Below are positions 46,787 through 55,957 of a DNA stretch of 64,000 bases, piece by piece (within the stretch, counting starts at the first letter, position 1; each line of letters starts with the position of its first letter). Origin of the DNA: Candidatus Paceibacter sp. (GTDB lineage Bacteria > Patescibacteriota > Minisyncoccia > UBA6257 > JAGOQP01); assembly GCA_020724905.1 (NCBI GenBank), contig DYGB01000001.1, forward strand, positions 1,866 to 65,865, read 5' to 3'. Under the pieces are notes generated by a model that saw only the letters and a program-made list of their open reading frames with translations, was not told the DNA's origin and did not search any database. The position numbers and the translations under genes are program-made.

Positions 46787-47176
46787 GTGAAACAAACACT
46801 ATATTTCTATGGATATCATGGAAATGAACAAGTACGATGTGGTGCAGATACACACGTTATATCAGAAATCCGCATCCCTCAAGATCAAAGATTTTATCCT
46901 CCATTTACCATTGATTTCACCGATGCGAACAAATTACTAAGGATTGGTGAAGTGGCAGATATAGTAGTAGGAGATATGGGGCTTCTAAAGAAGGCTACAC
47001 GTCTTGGGATTAGGGAAAATCCCCCTCCTCACATACCTCAAGAAGAAACAGCACAGAACACGTACGATCCATACGATCCAAATGAATTCAAGCAGGTATT
47101 CAGATGGAAAAAGAAACGTGTTTGGATTGTTGAAAATTTTTCATGTCTCTTAAGGCATAAAGTAGGATCAAAATGA
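46787..47176 (+). CDS. Hypothetical 129-aa protein.
   Basis: The ORF has coding-like composition but no recognisable motif. Confidence 0.35.
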   Translation: MKQTLYFYGYHGNEQVRCGADTHVISEIRIPQDQRFYPPFTIDFTDANKLLRIGEVADIVVGDMGLLKKATRLGIRENPPPHIPQEETAQNTYDPYDPNEFKQVFRWKKKRVWIVENFSCLLRHKVGSK

Positions 47177-47209
47177 CTTCATATTACAATACGAAAGGAG
47201 GTGAGTATT

Positions 47210-47347
47210 ATGGGAAAGGGACAAGGAAGAAGTAGTAATAGGGGAACCCCTCGTGGTCGCAGACATCCAGGCCAAGGCGGAGGACCAAAGAGAAAACCGA
47301 AGCCAAAGCCAAAACGTAAGAAAATGGGTCCACGAAGAAAAGCTTAA
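47210..47347 (+). CDS. Small (45 aa) extremely basic Gly/Pro/Lys/Arg-rich protein. It is absent from the ORF track, which has a 60-aa minimum.
   Basis: AAAGGAGGTGA lies 8 nt upstream of the ATG. The product is MGKGQGRSSNRGTPRGRRHPGQGGGPKRKPKPKPKRKKMGPRRKA. It is followed by a hairpin plus T-run terminator at ~47362-47390. Confidence 0.35.
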   Translation: MGKGQGRSSNRGTPRGRRHPGQGGGPKRKPKPKPKRKKMGPRRKA

Positions 47348-47388
47348 CCTCTATGAATGCAGAGCCAGAGATATTTCTCCGGCTTTTT

Positions 47389-48549
47389 TTATTCAAACCT
47401 TTTCACCACCACCCTTCTTAAATGTTGTGGTATATGGATAAGTACCTCATAAGGTATACACCCACATACACGAGCAAGAGAAGACACTGAACAGGGACTC
47501 TCCTCTTTTTCACTAATAATAACCACCTCATCTTCTCTTTTCACTCCCTTAATATCAGTAACATCACAAGATGTAATATTCATACTTACCCTTCCAAGAA
47601 GAGGAGCTTTTTTACCATGAACAAGAAAAGATCCTGTATTTGAAAGTCTTCGATCAACTCCCTCAAAGTATCCAACAGGAACAGTCGCAATCTTCATCTC
47701 TTTGTCTGTAGTAAATGTTCCTCCATACCCTACAGACTCACCAGGACCAAGTGTTCGTATCTCACTTATCCGAGACACCATGCGAAGTGCAGGAACAAGT
47801 GGCTCTACTATCGTACCAGGATTAATTCCATAGAGCCCAATACCAGCACGGGCACAGTTCGCATCAATAAGTTTGTGATGTGCAATCCCCCCAGAATTGG
47901 CGATATGGTAATAGGTGATAGAAGGAATACGTTTCTTACACACGCCAACAATTTGATTCCATACATTAATCTGATGCCTACTCAAAGGGAGAGTAATATC
48001 TTCAGATGCGGCAAAATGTGACATTACTCCCTCAAGAGAAAGCGATGAGGAAGTAATGATATCAAGTGCAGCAGCAAGATCTTTTGGAGCGATACCCTGT
48101 CGATGCATCCCCGTATCAATTTTAAGATGAATAGAGCTAGAACTTTCCTGTATCTCAGATAATTGCTCTAAAGAAGTAATTACAAATGAAACATGCTGTA
48201 ATGAATTATTCTCAATGACACTCCGTGGTGTATACCCCATTACAAGAAGTGGCGTTTTAATACCTTCCATACGAAGTGTCTCTGCTTCAAAGTAAGAATC
48301 AACGCAAAAAAAAGGAGATCCCCCCTCCTTTTCAAATAACAAAGCAACAAGGTTTAACCCATGCCCATATGCATTACTCTTTAATACAGGAGCAATACTC
48401 CATTCAGGAGCAGTCTTGCGCAAAGAAGCAAGATTTCCTAGTAACGCATCTTCACTCACCTGTATCATCACAACCGATTCCCTCTGTGTGAACCGTTTTC
48501 GGATACTTCGAATACGTCGTATAAGAGAACGAATCATACGCACAAGCAT
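47389..48549 (-). CDS. alr: Alanine racemase (the start may be the internal MIQVSEDALL at ~48468).
   Basis: PLP-binding region VLKSNAYGHG, with the remainder conserved. Confidence 0.8.
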   Translation of the reverse strand: MLVRMIRSLIRRIRSIRKRFTQRESVVMIQVSEDALLGNLASLRKTAPEWSIAPVLKSNAYGHGLNLVALLFEKEGGSPFFCVDSYFEAETLRMEGIKTPLLVMGYTPRSVIENNSLQHVSFVITSLEQLSEIQESSSSIHLKIDTGMHRQGIAPKDLAAALDIITSSSLSLEGVMSHFAASEDITLPLSRHQINVWNQIVGVCKKRIPSITYYHIANSGGIAHHKLIDANCARAGIGLYGINPGTIVEPLVPALRMVSRISEIRTLGPGESVGYGGTFTTDKEMKIATVPVGYFEGVDRRLSNTGSFLVHGKKAPLLGRVSMNITSCDVTDIKGVKREDEVVIISEKEESPCSVSSLARVCGCIPYEVLIHIPQHLRRVVVKRFE

Positions 48550-48561
48550 AAAAACATACTA

Positions 48562-49044
48562 CTAATCAGCCTTTATCTTTAACTTTTTGCTTTCTTTTTT
48601 GTTGAGCTTTGGAAGTACAATTTTAAGAACACCATTTTTCAATGAGGCTTTTGCCTTGTCAGGGTCTATCTCTTCAGGAAGTACCACGGAACGAGAGAAT
48701 GTTCCCCAAAAACATTCTTGATACAAGAAATCATCTTCCTGTATTTTTTCTTTTCGCTGTCGCTCTCCTCGAATAGAAACAGACTCAGCGTTAATAGAGA
48801 TATCAAGATTGTCACTTTCAACACCTGCAACCGTTGATTCAACCACAATACTGTCCCCATCTTCATAGACATCAATGGTAAGGTGTCCCTCAGCTTCTTC
48901 ATCTGAGTCCTCTTTCACGTTTAACGCAACATCTTCCTTTGCTGAGGCTGATGCTTTCATAAGTTCAGGATCATAGGATTCATCAGATGATGCATCACTC
49001 CCATAGGATCCCGTTAAATGATCAAAAAAATCCTTGTTGGTCAT
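48562..49044 (-). CDS. Hsp20/alpha-crystallin small heat shock protein.
   Basis: Alpha-crystallin domain (...SFSRSVVLPEEIDPDKAKASLKNGVLKIVLPK). Confidence 0.8.
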   Translation of the reverse strand: MTNKDFFDHLTGSYGSDASSDESYDPELMKASASAKEDVALNVKEDSDEEAEGHLTIDVYEDGDSIVVESTVAGVESDNLDISINAESVSIRGERQRKEKIQEDDFLYQECFWGTFSRSVVLPEEIDPDKAKASLKNGVLKIVLPKLNKKESKKLKIKAD

Positions 49045-49081
49045 ATATATTCAGTATAGCGTACTTAAAAAGAAAACAAAA

Positions 49082-49759
49082 CTATTCAGAAAAACCCTTT
49101 AAATCCTCAAAATCATACAATACAAAGAATCCAACGAGTATTAAAAAGACGACAGGATAGATAAGAAAGTTGTTAAACTCAGTAATAAGAATATTAAAGA
49201 GAGTATGTACAAGTGATGCAACAATAATACCCGCTACGACAAATCGCCCCTCAAGACCCAGCTTTATCCCCCGAGCCCAATAGTGTCCAATAATACCAGC
49301 ACTCAATGCATGTAGTAATGTTGCCCCAATAAAGCGAAGTACAATTGTTCCCACAACATCTCCTCCAGACTGAAGGGCGATAAACACATCTTCAACGGTA
49401 GCAAATCCAAGGGCTCCGGTAATCATATAGATCATCGCATCAATAGGCTCATCAAAGTATTTACTCTTCCTCACAACAATATAGACGAGTAAAAACTTTG
49501 AGATCTCTTCAATAAATGCAAAGGAAAGAAAGGGAGCAATATTTTCTTCATATAAACGAGGAAGTTCAAAGACTATCCCTTGGACAATATCATTGAGAAA
49601 GTACTGGGCAAAAAAAGCAACGAATGCAGAAACAGCTCCCATCGCATAGGTGAGTGCAATCATTTTTCGAGGCTCAGGATGAGAATCTTCACGAAGGAAA
49701 AAAGCCAACCAAAGCAGAGAAGGAATAAGTCCTAGTGCCAGTGCGATAACCGTATCCAT
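49082..49759 (-). CDS. PrsW-family intramembrane protease-like membrane protein.
   Basis: EExxK (FIEEISKF), FxxxE (FATVEDVF) and HxxxA (HALSAG) motifs in a polytopic membrane protein. Confidence 0.55.
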   Translation of the reverse strand: MDTVIALALGLIPSLLWLAFFLREDSHPEPRKMIALTYAMGAVSAFVAFFAQYFLNDIVQGIVFELPRLYEENIAPFLSFAFIEEISKFLLVYIVVRKSKYFDEPIDAMIYMITGALGFATVEDVFIALQSGGDVVGTIVLRFIGATLLHALSAGIIGHYWARGIKLGLEGRFVVAGIIVASLVHTLFNILITEFNNFLIYPVVFLILVGFFVLYDFEDLKGFSE

Positions 49760-49771
49760 ATATATACTATA

Positions 49772-51163
49772 CTATACATCTATGTGTTTTCGAATCAGAT
49801 CAGAAAACACATCTCCTCGATGAAATTCATTTTGGAACTTCTCAAAGCTTGAACCCCCAGGAGAAAAGACAATACGCGTATATCCTTTCTGAACGATGGC
49901 AATAACAATAGCTTCAAGAGACTCGTAAGTAGACTTCCCCTTATACGCCTCATATGAAGAAAGTTCCCCTAAGAGTTTTTCTGTTCCACTCCCCTCAAGG
50001 AAAAATACATCATCTGGAGAAACACGCTCTCCAAGAACAGATGCAAGTCCACTCATATCAAGCCCTTTATCTGTCCCTCCAATAACAAAGGCGGTTCCTG
50101 GTACATAAAATCGCTCTAAGGCAGCAATAACAGCATCAGGGCTAGTTGCAGCACCATCATTAACAACAAGATACTTCTCATTCTCAACAATCTTCTCCTG
50201 ACGCAAAGGAATGCTTGGAAGCGTAGCAATACGCTCAAAGAGACCCTCCCAGGACCCTTTAAAGAGATACGAAGCTAAAAGAGAAGCAAGGAGATTATAT
50301 TTCATATGACGCCCCATATCAGAAGGCACTATCCCCACTCTATACTCACCCTTCTCATCTCGGAATCGAATGGTTTCATCTTCAAGATACAGCCCCTTCT
50401 TTTCTTGAGGAAGTAAGCTAAGAGAGATACACCATTGTTGAGACTGATACGAAAGTGTCTTGAAAAATGAATACCCTGGATCATCTGCATTAAAAATCAC
50501 ATGATCATCTTTACCCTGATACAATGCGATACGAGCCTTAATTGATCCATACACCTCCATTGTCTTATGACGATTAATATGATCAACGAATAGATTTGTA
50601 AGGACAGCAACATGAGGAGCAGGAAGTGTCTCATCCATATATTCAAGTTGAAACGATGAAGTCTCAACAACAAGAGGATCACCTTCTCCTTCCTCGACTC
50701 TCTCTGCAAGCCAGAAAAACCCTCTCTGAGGCATATTTCCCCCATACAAAGAAGACCCTAGTATATGAGCAATCCACTGTGTTGTGGTTGTCTTTCCCCG
50801 AGTTCCCGTAACAGCAATATAGGGAGTGATGCGATCACCATACTCTTTTAAGAAAAAAGATAGGTCATTATATACAGGAGCATACTGCTGAGCACACTTC
50901 ACCCACTGACTATCCTGAGGAACAGCAGGACTACAAATAACAGCATCAGACCCGATAAAGTCCTCTTTCTCGTGTCCTCCACAATGGAATGTTATTCCTT
51001 CTTTTCCTAGGAATTGATCAAGGGAATCTTTTAGTTCTTCCTTACTCTTTTGATCAGTAACATGAACCGCTATCCCCCTCTTTAAGAAATAAGAAATAGC
51101 AGCAAGTGATCCCCCCAGTCGTCCAAGCCCCATGATAGTAACTTTCTGTATCGGTATATGCAT
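49772..51163 (-). CDS. murD: UDP-N-acetylmuramoylalanine--D-glutamate ligase.
   Basis: N-terminal MGLGRLGGS...VTD and the Mur ligase P-loop IAVTGTRGKTTTT. Confidence 0.8.
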   Translation of the reverse strand: MHIPIQKVTIMGLGRLGGSLAAISYFLKRGIAVHVTDQKSKEELKDSLDQFLGKEGITFHCGGHEKEDFIGSDAVICSPAVPQDSQWVKCAQQYAPVYNDLSFFLKEYGDRITPYIAVTGTRGKTTTTQWIAHILGSSLYGGNMPQRGFFWLAERVEEGEGDPLVVETSSFQLEYMDETLPAPHVAVLTNLFVDHINRHKTMEVYGSIKARIALYQGKDDHVIFNADDPGYSFFKTLSYQSQQWCISLSLLPQEKKGLYLEDETIRFRDEKGEYRVGIVPSDMGRHMKYNLLASLLASYLFKGSWEGLFERIATLPSIPLRQEKIVENEKYLVVNDGAATSPDAVIAALERFYVPGTAFVIGGTDKGLDMSGLASVLGERVSPDDVFFLEGSGTEKLLGELSSYEAYKGKSTYESLEAIVIAIVQKGYTRIVFSPGGSSFEKFQNEFHRGDVFSDLIRKHIDV

Positions 51164-51183
51164 GCATATACTCTATCAAAAAA

Positions 51184-51217
51184 GAAAACCGGCATAAAGC
51201 CGGTTTTATCATTTTTT
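51184..51217. terminator. Bidirectional intrinsic terminator (AAAACCGGC-ATAAA-GCCGGTTTT with flanking T/A runs).
   Basis: A perfect 9-bp stem seen directly. Coordinates are approximate. Confidence 0.55.
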
Positions 51218-51694
51218 TGAAAATCGTTCTAGGAAAAGATCATTCCCTCGAGAACGAAATTCTCGGATTCTTTTTAGCACCTTTTTAAAAAAGGCGATGA
51301 GAACGTCATGCTCTTTTTTGACGACCCTGTCAGTTTCACTATATATGTGATAGACAGTGTCAATATTTTGAACATAAAGTTCTGCAAATATATCCTCAAG
51401 AGCATCAAGCTCTCTTCCTATATAATCATAAAAGAAAAAGAAGTCATCATCCCCATAAAACATATGAGAACGAATATGTTCTTCAAATATTGTAATATCA
51501 TACAGATGCTCTGCAAGGGTTTTTTCAAAGTAGTTCCGCGCCCATCCATCTGTCCATACAAGATATAAATCTGACATACTTAACGAAAATGGATCAGATG
51601 TAGTACTTCTCATTTGGACACTTTCTCGGACCAATGTCCCCTGAGGCGTCACTGCAGACACCCCAAGCTCTTTCTTTTTTACAATCCCAGACAT
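51209..51694 (-). CDS. Hypothetical 161-aa protein, acidic and aromatic-rich.
   Basis: ORF only, with no recognisable motif. Confidence 0.35.
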   Translation of the reverse strand: MSGIVKKKELGVSAVTPQGTLVRESVQMRSTTSDPFSLSMSDLYLVWTDGWARNYFEKTLAEHLYDITIFEEHIRSHMFYGDDDFFFFYDYIGRELDALEDIFAELYVQNIDTVYHIYSETDRVVKKEHDVLIAFFKKVLKRIREFRSRGNDLFLERFSKK

Positions 51695-51706
51695 TTTTCC
51701 TCCTTT

Positions 51707-51937
51707 TTATAACGCAAGAAGATGTTGAGCGAAATAAGAAACATCTTCTAGGAGTTTCTTATCAATTTCCATGTGGTGAGCAATGTGCTCAACCACTTCT
51801 TTGGCAAAACCTTGATCAATGTAGTCAGGGTTTGCGATAACCTCAATAAAACCCTTTATTACTTCCTCATCAGAAAAATTTTCTGGAGGAGGGGTTCCAT
51901 GAACCCGTGTGTAGGCTTCTTTAACTAGAGAATCCAT
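51707..51937 (-). CDS. Hypothetical 76-aa protein, likely co-transcribed with the 161-aa ORF.
   Basis: ORF only. Confidence 0.3.
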   Translation of the reverse strand: MDSLVKEAYTRVHGTPPPENFSDEEVIKGFIEVIANPDYIDQGFAKEVVEHIAHHMEIDKKLLEDVSYFAQHLLAL

Positions 51938-52017
51938 AATTGTACCTCCTTATATTATTAATGTGCGTAAATCTATTATACCCTAAAAAGTTTTCCTTGT
52001 CACTACCATGTTATGGT

Positions 52018-52933
52018 TCAATAGCTTTGCAACACCTGTGTGTGATACAACCATAGATATATGCCATATACGTCAAATCCTCATATACCAGAGGTACGCA
52101 GACAAGCAGTTATGCATGTACGCTCTGGATGGTCGATGCGCATGACCGCTCGTCACTTTGGAGTCCAGCCCAGTACTATTTCTCGATGGGTGAAACGAAT
52201 GCCCTCTCATGGAAGGAGTGTCATTCAAACCCTTTCTTCACGCCCTCTGGGACATCCTCGAGCACTACCTCCTGATGTGGTGCGTGCTATCATCTCATAC
52301 CGAGAGCGGTATCATCGTTGTGCAGACGTGATTCACTGGCATCTGAAAAACGATGGCTATCACCTCTCCCTCTCGTCAGTGAAACGAACCTTGAGAAGAA
52401 ATCATCTCACCTATCCTTCTCTCTGGAAGAAATGGTATCACTCCACTCCTCGCCCCGTCCCTCAATCCCCTGGAAAACTCATTGAAATTGATACCATTAT
52501 GGACGGTCCTGTACACGGGAGAATCTATATCTACACACTTCTGGATGTGTGTTCTCGCTGGGCATATGCAGCTCCTTCACTGCATGCTCGAGCAGGCATC
52601 AGTGTGCAGATGCTCCGTTCTGCACAGACAGCCTCTCCATTTCGATTTGAAACAATTCAATCAGATCATGGAAGTGAGTTCTCACGCTACTTCACCAAGG
52701 GATGTGACACCCTTCATATGATCCATCGTCACAGCAGAGTGAGAACCCCTACCGACAACGCCCATCTGGAACGATTTAACAGAACCATACAACATGAGTG
52801 TCTTTCCCATGTTCCTCGGAGATTATCGATCTATACCAAAGAAATTTATGACTATATCCACTATTACAATTATGAACGTCCTCATATGTCGCTGGGGATG
52901 AAAACGCCTATGGAAGTGTTGCGAAGCTATTGA
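52018..52933 (+). mobile_element. IS481-family insertion sequence, ~0.9 kb, with 18-bp imperfect terminal inverted repeats (17/18 identical) and a visibly more GC-rich composition than its flanks.
   Basis: Left end TCAATAGCTTTGCAACAC at ~52018-52035. Right end GTGTTGCGAAGCTATTGA at ~52916-52933, whose reverse complement is TCAATAGCTTCGCAACAC. A DDE transposase ORF lies inside, and its 3' end lies within the right IR. Confidence 0.7.
52061..52933 (+). CDS. IS481-family DDE transposase (HTH plus rve integrase core).
   Basis: N-terminal HTH (ARHFGVQPSTISRWVKR) and rve core (...IEIDTIMDGPVHGRIYIYTLLDVCSRWA...QSDHGSEF...HSRVRTPTDNAHLERFNRT). Confidence 0.8.
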   Translation: MPYTSNPHIPEVRRQAVMHVRSGWSMRMTARHFGVQPSTISRWVKRMPSHGRSVIQTLSSRPLGHPRALPPDVVRAIISYRERYHRCADVIHWHLKNDGYHLSLSSVKRTLRRNHLTYPSLWKKWYHSTPRPVPQSPGKLIEIDTIMDGPVHGRIYIYTLLDVCSRWAYAAPSLHARAGISVQMLRSAQTASPFRFETIQSDHGSEFSRYFTKGCDTLHMIHRHSRVRTPTDNAHLERFNRTIQHECLSHVPRRLSIYTKEIYDYIHYYNYERPHMSLGMKTPMEVLRSY

Positions 52934-52936
52934 GTT

Positions 52937-55117
52937 TTATACATACCACTCTTCAGCAATCAATGCAGACTTCTTCTTGTCAGGAAGCCGTTGATAAATA
53001 GCTTCTGTCACAAATGGCATAAACGGATGTAACATCACAAGTGATTCTAATAACAACATAAACAGTACCTTCCGAGCAGATGCCTGTACTAAGAGTTCCT
53101 CTGAAGAAAGATCCTCTTTAAACAGAATGTCTTTCTTTGCCTCAATAAGCTCATCAGCAAGAACATGCCATACATAGTGGTAGGCATCCTCAGCAGCTTG
53201 AGAGAAACGATACTGATCCATCTGTTCTGCTACACGTTGCTTTGTCTTTATACATGTTTCATACAGCACTCTATCTTCATCAGTTACAACGCTCTCCTCA
53301 AGAGCTCCTCCCTTCTCTACATGAGTAATAATAAAACGAGCAATATTCCACAATTTGTTTGAAAAATTTCGGTATCCTTTTATCTTCTCCTCAGAAATCA
53401 CTACATCTTGTCCTGGAGAATTTCCTACAATCAGCGCCATACGTAATGCATCAGCACCATACTGATCAACAATACCCAACGGATCAATAACATTTCCTTT
53501 AGACTTAGACATCTTCTTTTTATCTTTGTCTCTCACTAGTCCATGCAAATATACTGTCTTAAATGGTATCTTTCCTGTGGTATAAATCCCCAGCATCACC
53601 ATACGAGCAACCCAGAAGAAAAGAATATCATAGGCTGTCTCCATAACACTGGTTGGATAGAATGTATCAAAATCTCCTTCCCCTGTTGTCTGAAGTGTCG
53701 CAAAAGGCCACTGCCCTGATGAAAACCATGTATCAAAGACATCAGTTTCTTTTCTAAATGATGTCCCAGAACATTTCTTACATACACTAGGAGCTTTCCC
53801 ATCAATACACACCTCCTCTTTTTCACACGATTCACAGTAATAGACTGGGATAGGAATACCCCAGACAATTTGTCGTGAAATATTCCAATCTCGTATATTC
53901 TCAAGCCAATGGAAAAATATTTTCTTTTGAAAATCAGGAATAATAGTAATATCTCCACGCGTTACCGCATCAATTGCAGGTTGTACGATCTTCTCTTTCC
54001 CCTTATCTGTTAAATCAACAAACCATTGAGAAAGTATCATCGGCTCAATAACCCGACGACACTTGTAACAGACACCAACCTGATGTGTGTAGGATTCTCG
54101 TTTCTCAAGTAGTCCCTTCTCCTCAAGAATCTCAATGGCTTTCTTTCGAGCATCAGAAATATTCATCCCTTCAAGTTCTCCTGCATTGCTATTCATCTTC
54201 CCAAAGAAATCTATCGTCTCGATAGTAGCAAGATGGTGTCGCTTTCCAATCTCAAAATCCAATGCATCATGTGCAGGGGTAATTTTAAGAGCACCTGTAG
54301 CAAATGATTGTTCAACCGCCTCATCAGCAACAACAGGAATACTTTCTCCAGAAAGAGGATTGAGGACCTTTTTGCCAATCCAGTTAGAGTACCGTGGATC
54401 ATCAGGATGCACTGCAACCGCAACATCTCCATAGATGGTCTCCGGACGTGTTGTTGCCACAGAAAGAGACCCTTCTCCATCTTCACAACGGTACGTAACA
54501 TAAAAAAGCTCGTCATCCTTCTCCTCCCATGACACCTCAAGGTCAGAAAGTGCTGTTTGATGTTTTGAACACCAATGCACCGTACGCTTGTCACGATACA
54601 CAAGCCCATCATCATAGAGCTTCTGAAATGTCCTGTATACCACCTCAATGACGTCAGGATCAAGGGTAAAGGTAGAACGGGACCAATCACAAGAGGCACC
54701 TAGTTCTTGCACCTGTCCCTCCATATGCTTCTTGTTCTCCTGGGTAAATGCAAAGATACGCTCATAGAGCTTCTCTCTTCCTCCCTCTTCTTTTAACACT
54801 TCAAATCTACTTGTTCCCTCTTTTTCTAGCTTTTTTTCAAATACCACCTGTGTTTCGAATCCTGCATGATCAGCAGCAGGAAGCCACAGAGCTCGTTTCC
54901 CTCTCATGCGAGCAAAACGCGTCATCATATCCTCTATGGTAATACCAACTGCATGCCCCACATGTAATGATCCATTCGCATTAGGAGGAGGCATGATAAT
55001 ACAGAACGGTTCCTTTGTTTCATCGCTATCAGGAGCAAAAAATCCACCCTCTTCCCAGAGCGTGTAGATGCTTTTTTCTTGTGAATGGTTGTAGGGTTGT
55101 AGGAAATCCTCGTGCAT
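52937..55117 (-). CDS. valS: Valyl-tRNA synthetase, a short form of 727 aa. The start is trimmed to MHEDFL because the longer frame overlaps the PAP2 gene.
   Basis: HIGH region PPPNANGSLHVGHA, KMSKSKGNVIDP and an editing-domain region. Confidence 0.85.
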   Translation of the reverse strand: MHEDFLQPYNHSQEKSIYTLWEEGGFFAPDSDETKEPFCIIMPPPNANGSLHVGHAVGITIEDMMTRFARMRGKRALWLPAADHAGFETQVVFEKKLEKEGTSRFEVLKEEGGREKLYERIFAFTQENKKHMEGQVQELGASCDWSRSTFTLDPDVIEVVYRTFQKLYDDGLVYRDKRTVHWCSKHQTALSDLEVSWEEKDDELFYVTYRCEDGEGSLSVATTRPETIYGDVAVAVHPDDPRYSNWIGKKVLNPLSGESIPVVADEAVEQSFATGALKITPAHDALDFEIGKRHHLATIETIDFFGKMNSNAGELEGMNISDARKKAIEILEEKGLLEKRESYTHQVGVCYKCRRVIEPMILSQWFVDLTDKGKEKIVQPAIDAVTRGDITIIPDFQKKIFFHWLENIRDWNISRQIVWGIPIPVYYCESCEKEEVCIDGKAPSVCKKCSGTSFRKETDVFDTWFSSGQWPFATLQTTGEGDFDTFYPTSVMETAYDILFFWVARMVMLGIYTTGKIPFKTVYLHGLVRDKDKKKMSKSKGNVIDPLGIVDQYGADALRMALIVGNSPGQDVVISEEKIKGYRNFSNKLWNIARFIITHVEKGGALEESVVTDEDRVLYETCIKTKQRVAEQMDQYRFSQAAEDAYHYVWHVLADELIEAKKDILFKEDLSSEELLVQASARKVLFMLLLESLVMLHPFMPFVTEAIYQRLPDKKKSALIAEEWYV

Positions 55118-55173
55118 AACTACCCTGTATTCTATATGAAAAAGAAGTCTTTGCAAAATAAAAAAAGTATGTC

Positions 55174-55734
55174 CTACATACTTTTTTCTTCTTCTCTGGG
55201 AATCTTTTTCCACATATCCTTCCCCCAGAGTTGCCAGAGTATATACACAACTCCAATAGCAATAACGGTTCCTCCAACAATATCCCCAAACCAATGAACT
55301 CCTGAAATGACTCGGGAAAGCGCAGAGAGAAGTGCAAGCGCTCCAGCCCACAGTCCTGTTTTTTTATGTATTAAAAAGATAACCGCAGCGATACCAAACA
55401 TGGTAACAGTATGCCCAGAAGGAAACGCCGCAGTATGAGAAAGGGTGTAAAAAAGAGGTTCAAAGGAAAGCGCAGAAAAAGGACGAATTCGTGCAGTAAA
55501 ATACGAAAGACTCTGAGTAATAAGCCCCCATGAAATAATAAACTGGAACAATAAAAAAAGAACAAAAAATAACCGTTCTTTTATCGATACCCTATATCGT
55601 GCAATAACGATAAGAAACAAGATAATGAGTATGTATATCACCAATCGTGCTAAAAGCACCCACATCCAAGAAAAAGACCCTCCAGAACCAAGGGAAAACA
55701 ACCATTCAGATATAGCACTATCAAATGCGTTCAT
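55174..55734 (-). CDS. PAP2-superfamily membrane phosphatase.
   Basis: FPSGHTV and SRVISGVHW...D motifs in a polytopic membrane protein. Confidence 0.6.
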   Translation of the reverse strand: MNAFDSAISEWLFSLGSGGSFSWMWVLLARLVIYILIILFLIVIARYRVSIKERLFFVLFLLFQFIISWGLITQSLSYFTARIRPFSALSFEPLFYTLSHTAAFPSGHTVTMFGIAAVIFLIHKKTGLWAGALALLSALSRVISGVHWFGDIVGGTVIAIGVVYILWQLWGKDMWKKIPREEEKSM

Positions 55735-55737
55735 ATG

Positions 55738-55947
55738 TTATTTCTTCACAAACGAGAGAAACCCCATAAATCGAGCCCTCTTGATTGCTTGAGCTAACAT
55801 GCGTTGATGCTTTGCGCAGGTCCCTGTGTGACGAGGATCAACAATTTTTCCCTGTCCAGAGATAAAGCGACGAAGAAGCATTACGTCTTTATAGTCAACC
55901 TGTTTTACATTTTGTGAACAGAAAAAACACTGCTTCATTTCATTCAT
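55738..55947 (-). CDS. rpsR: 30S ribosomal protein S18.
   Basis: [29 protein letters not shown]... Confidence 0.85.
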   Translation of the reverse strand: MNEMKQCFFCSQNVKQVDYKDVMLLRRFISGQGKIVDPRHTGTCAKHQRMLAQAIKRARFMGFLSFVKK

Positions 55948-55957
55948 ACGATATAAG

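Noticed and set aside
52061-52939. Possibility that the IS481 insertion truncated valS and removed its C-terminal domain.
   Set aside because: The valS stop lies 3 bp outside the right IR, and sequence on the far side of the IS does not resemble a ValRS C-terminal coiled coil. I kept it only as a low-weight note.
53596-54699. ORFs 53596..53958 and 54211..54699 inside valS, and similar internal ORFs in ileS, rpoB, rpoC and pps.
   Set aside because: They are alternate-frame artefacts within long conserved genes.
55118-55351. Longer valS frame starting at 55351.
   Set aside because: It overlaps the PAP2 gene in another frame and encodes Cys/Trp-rich junk. The conserved ValRS N-terminus begins at the ATG at 55117.
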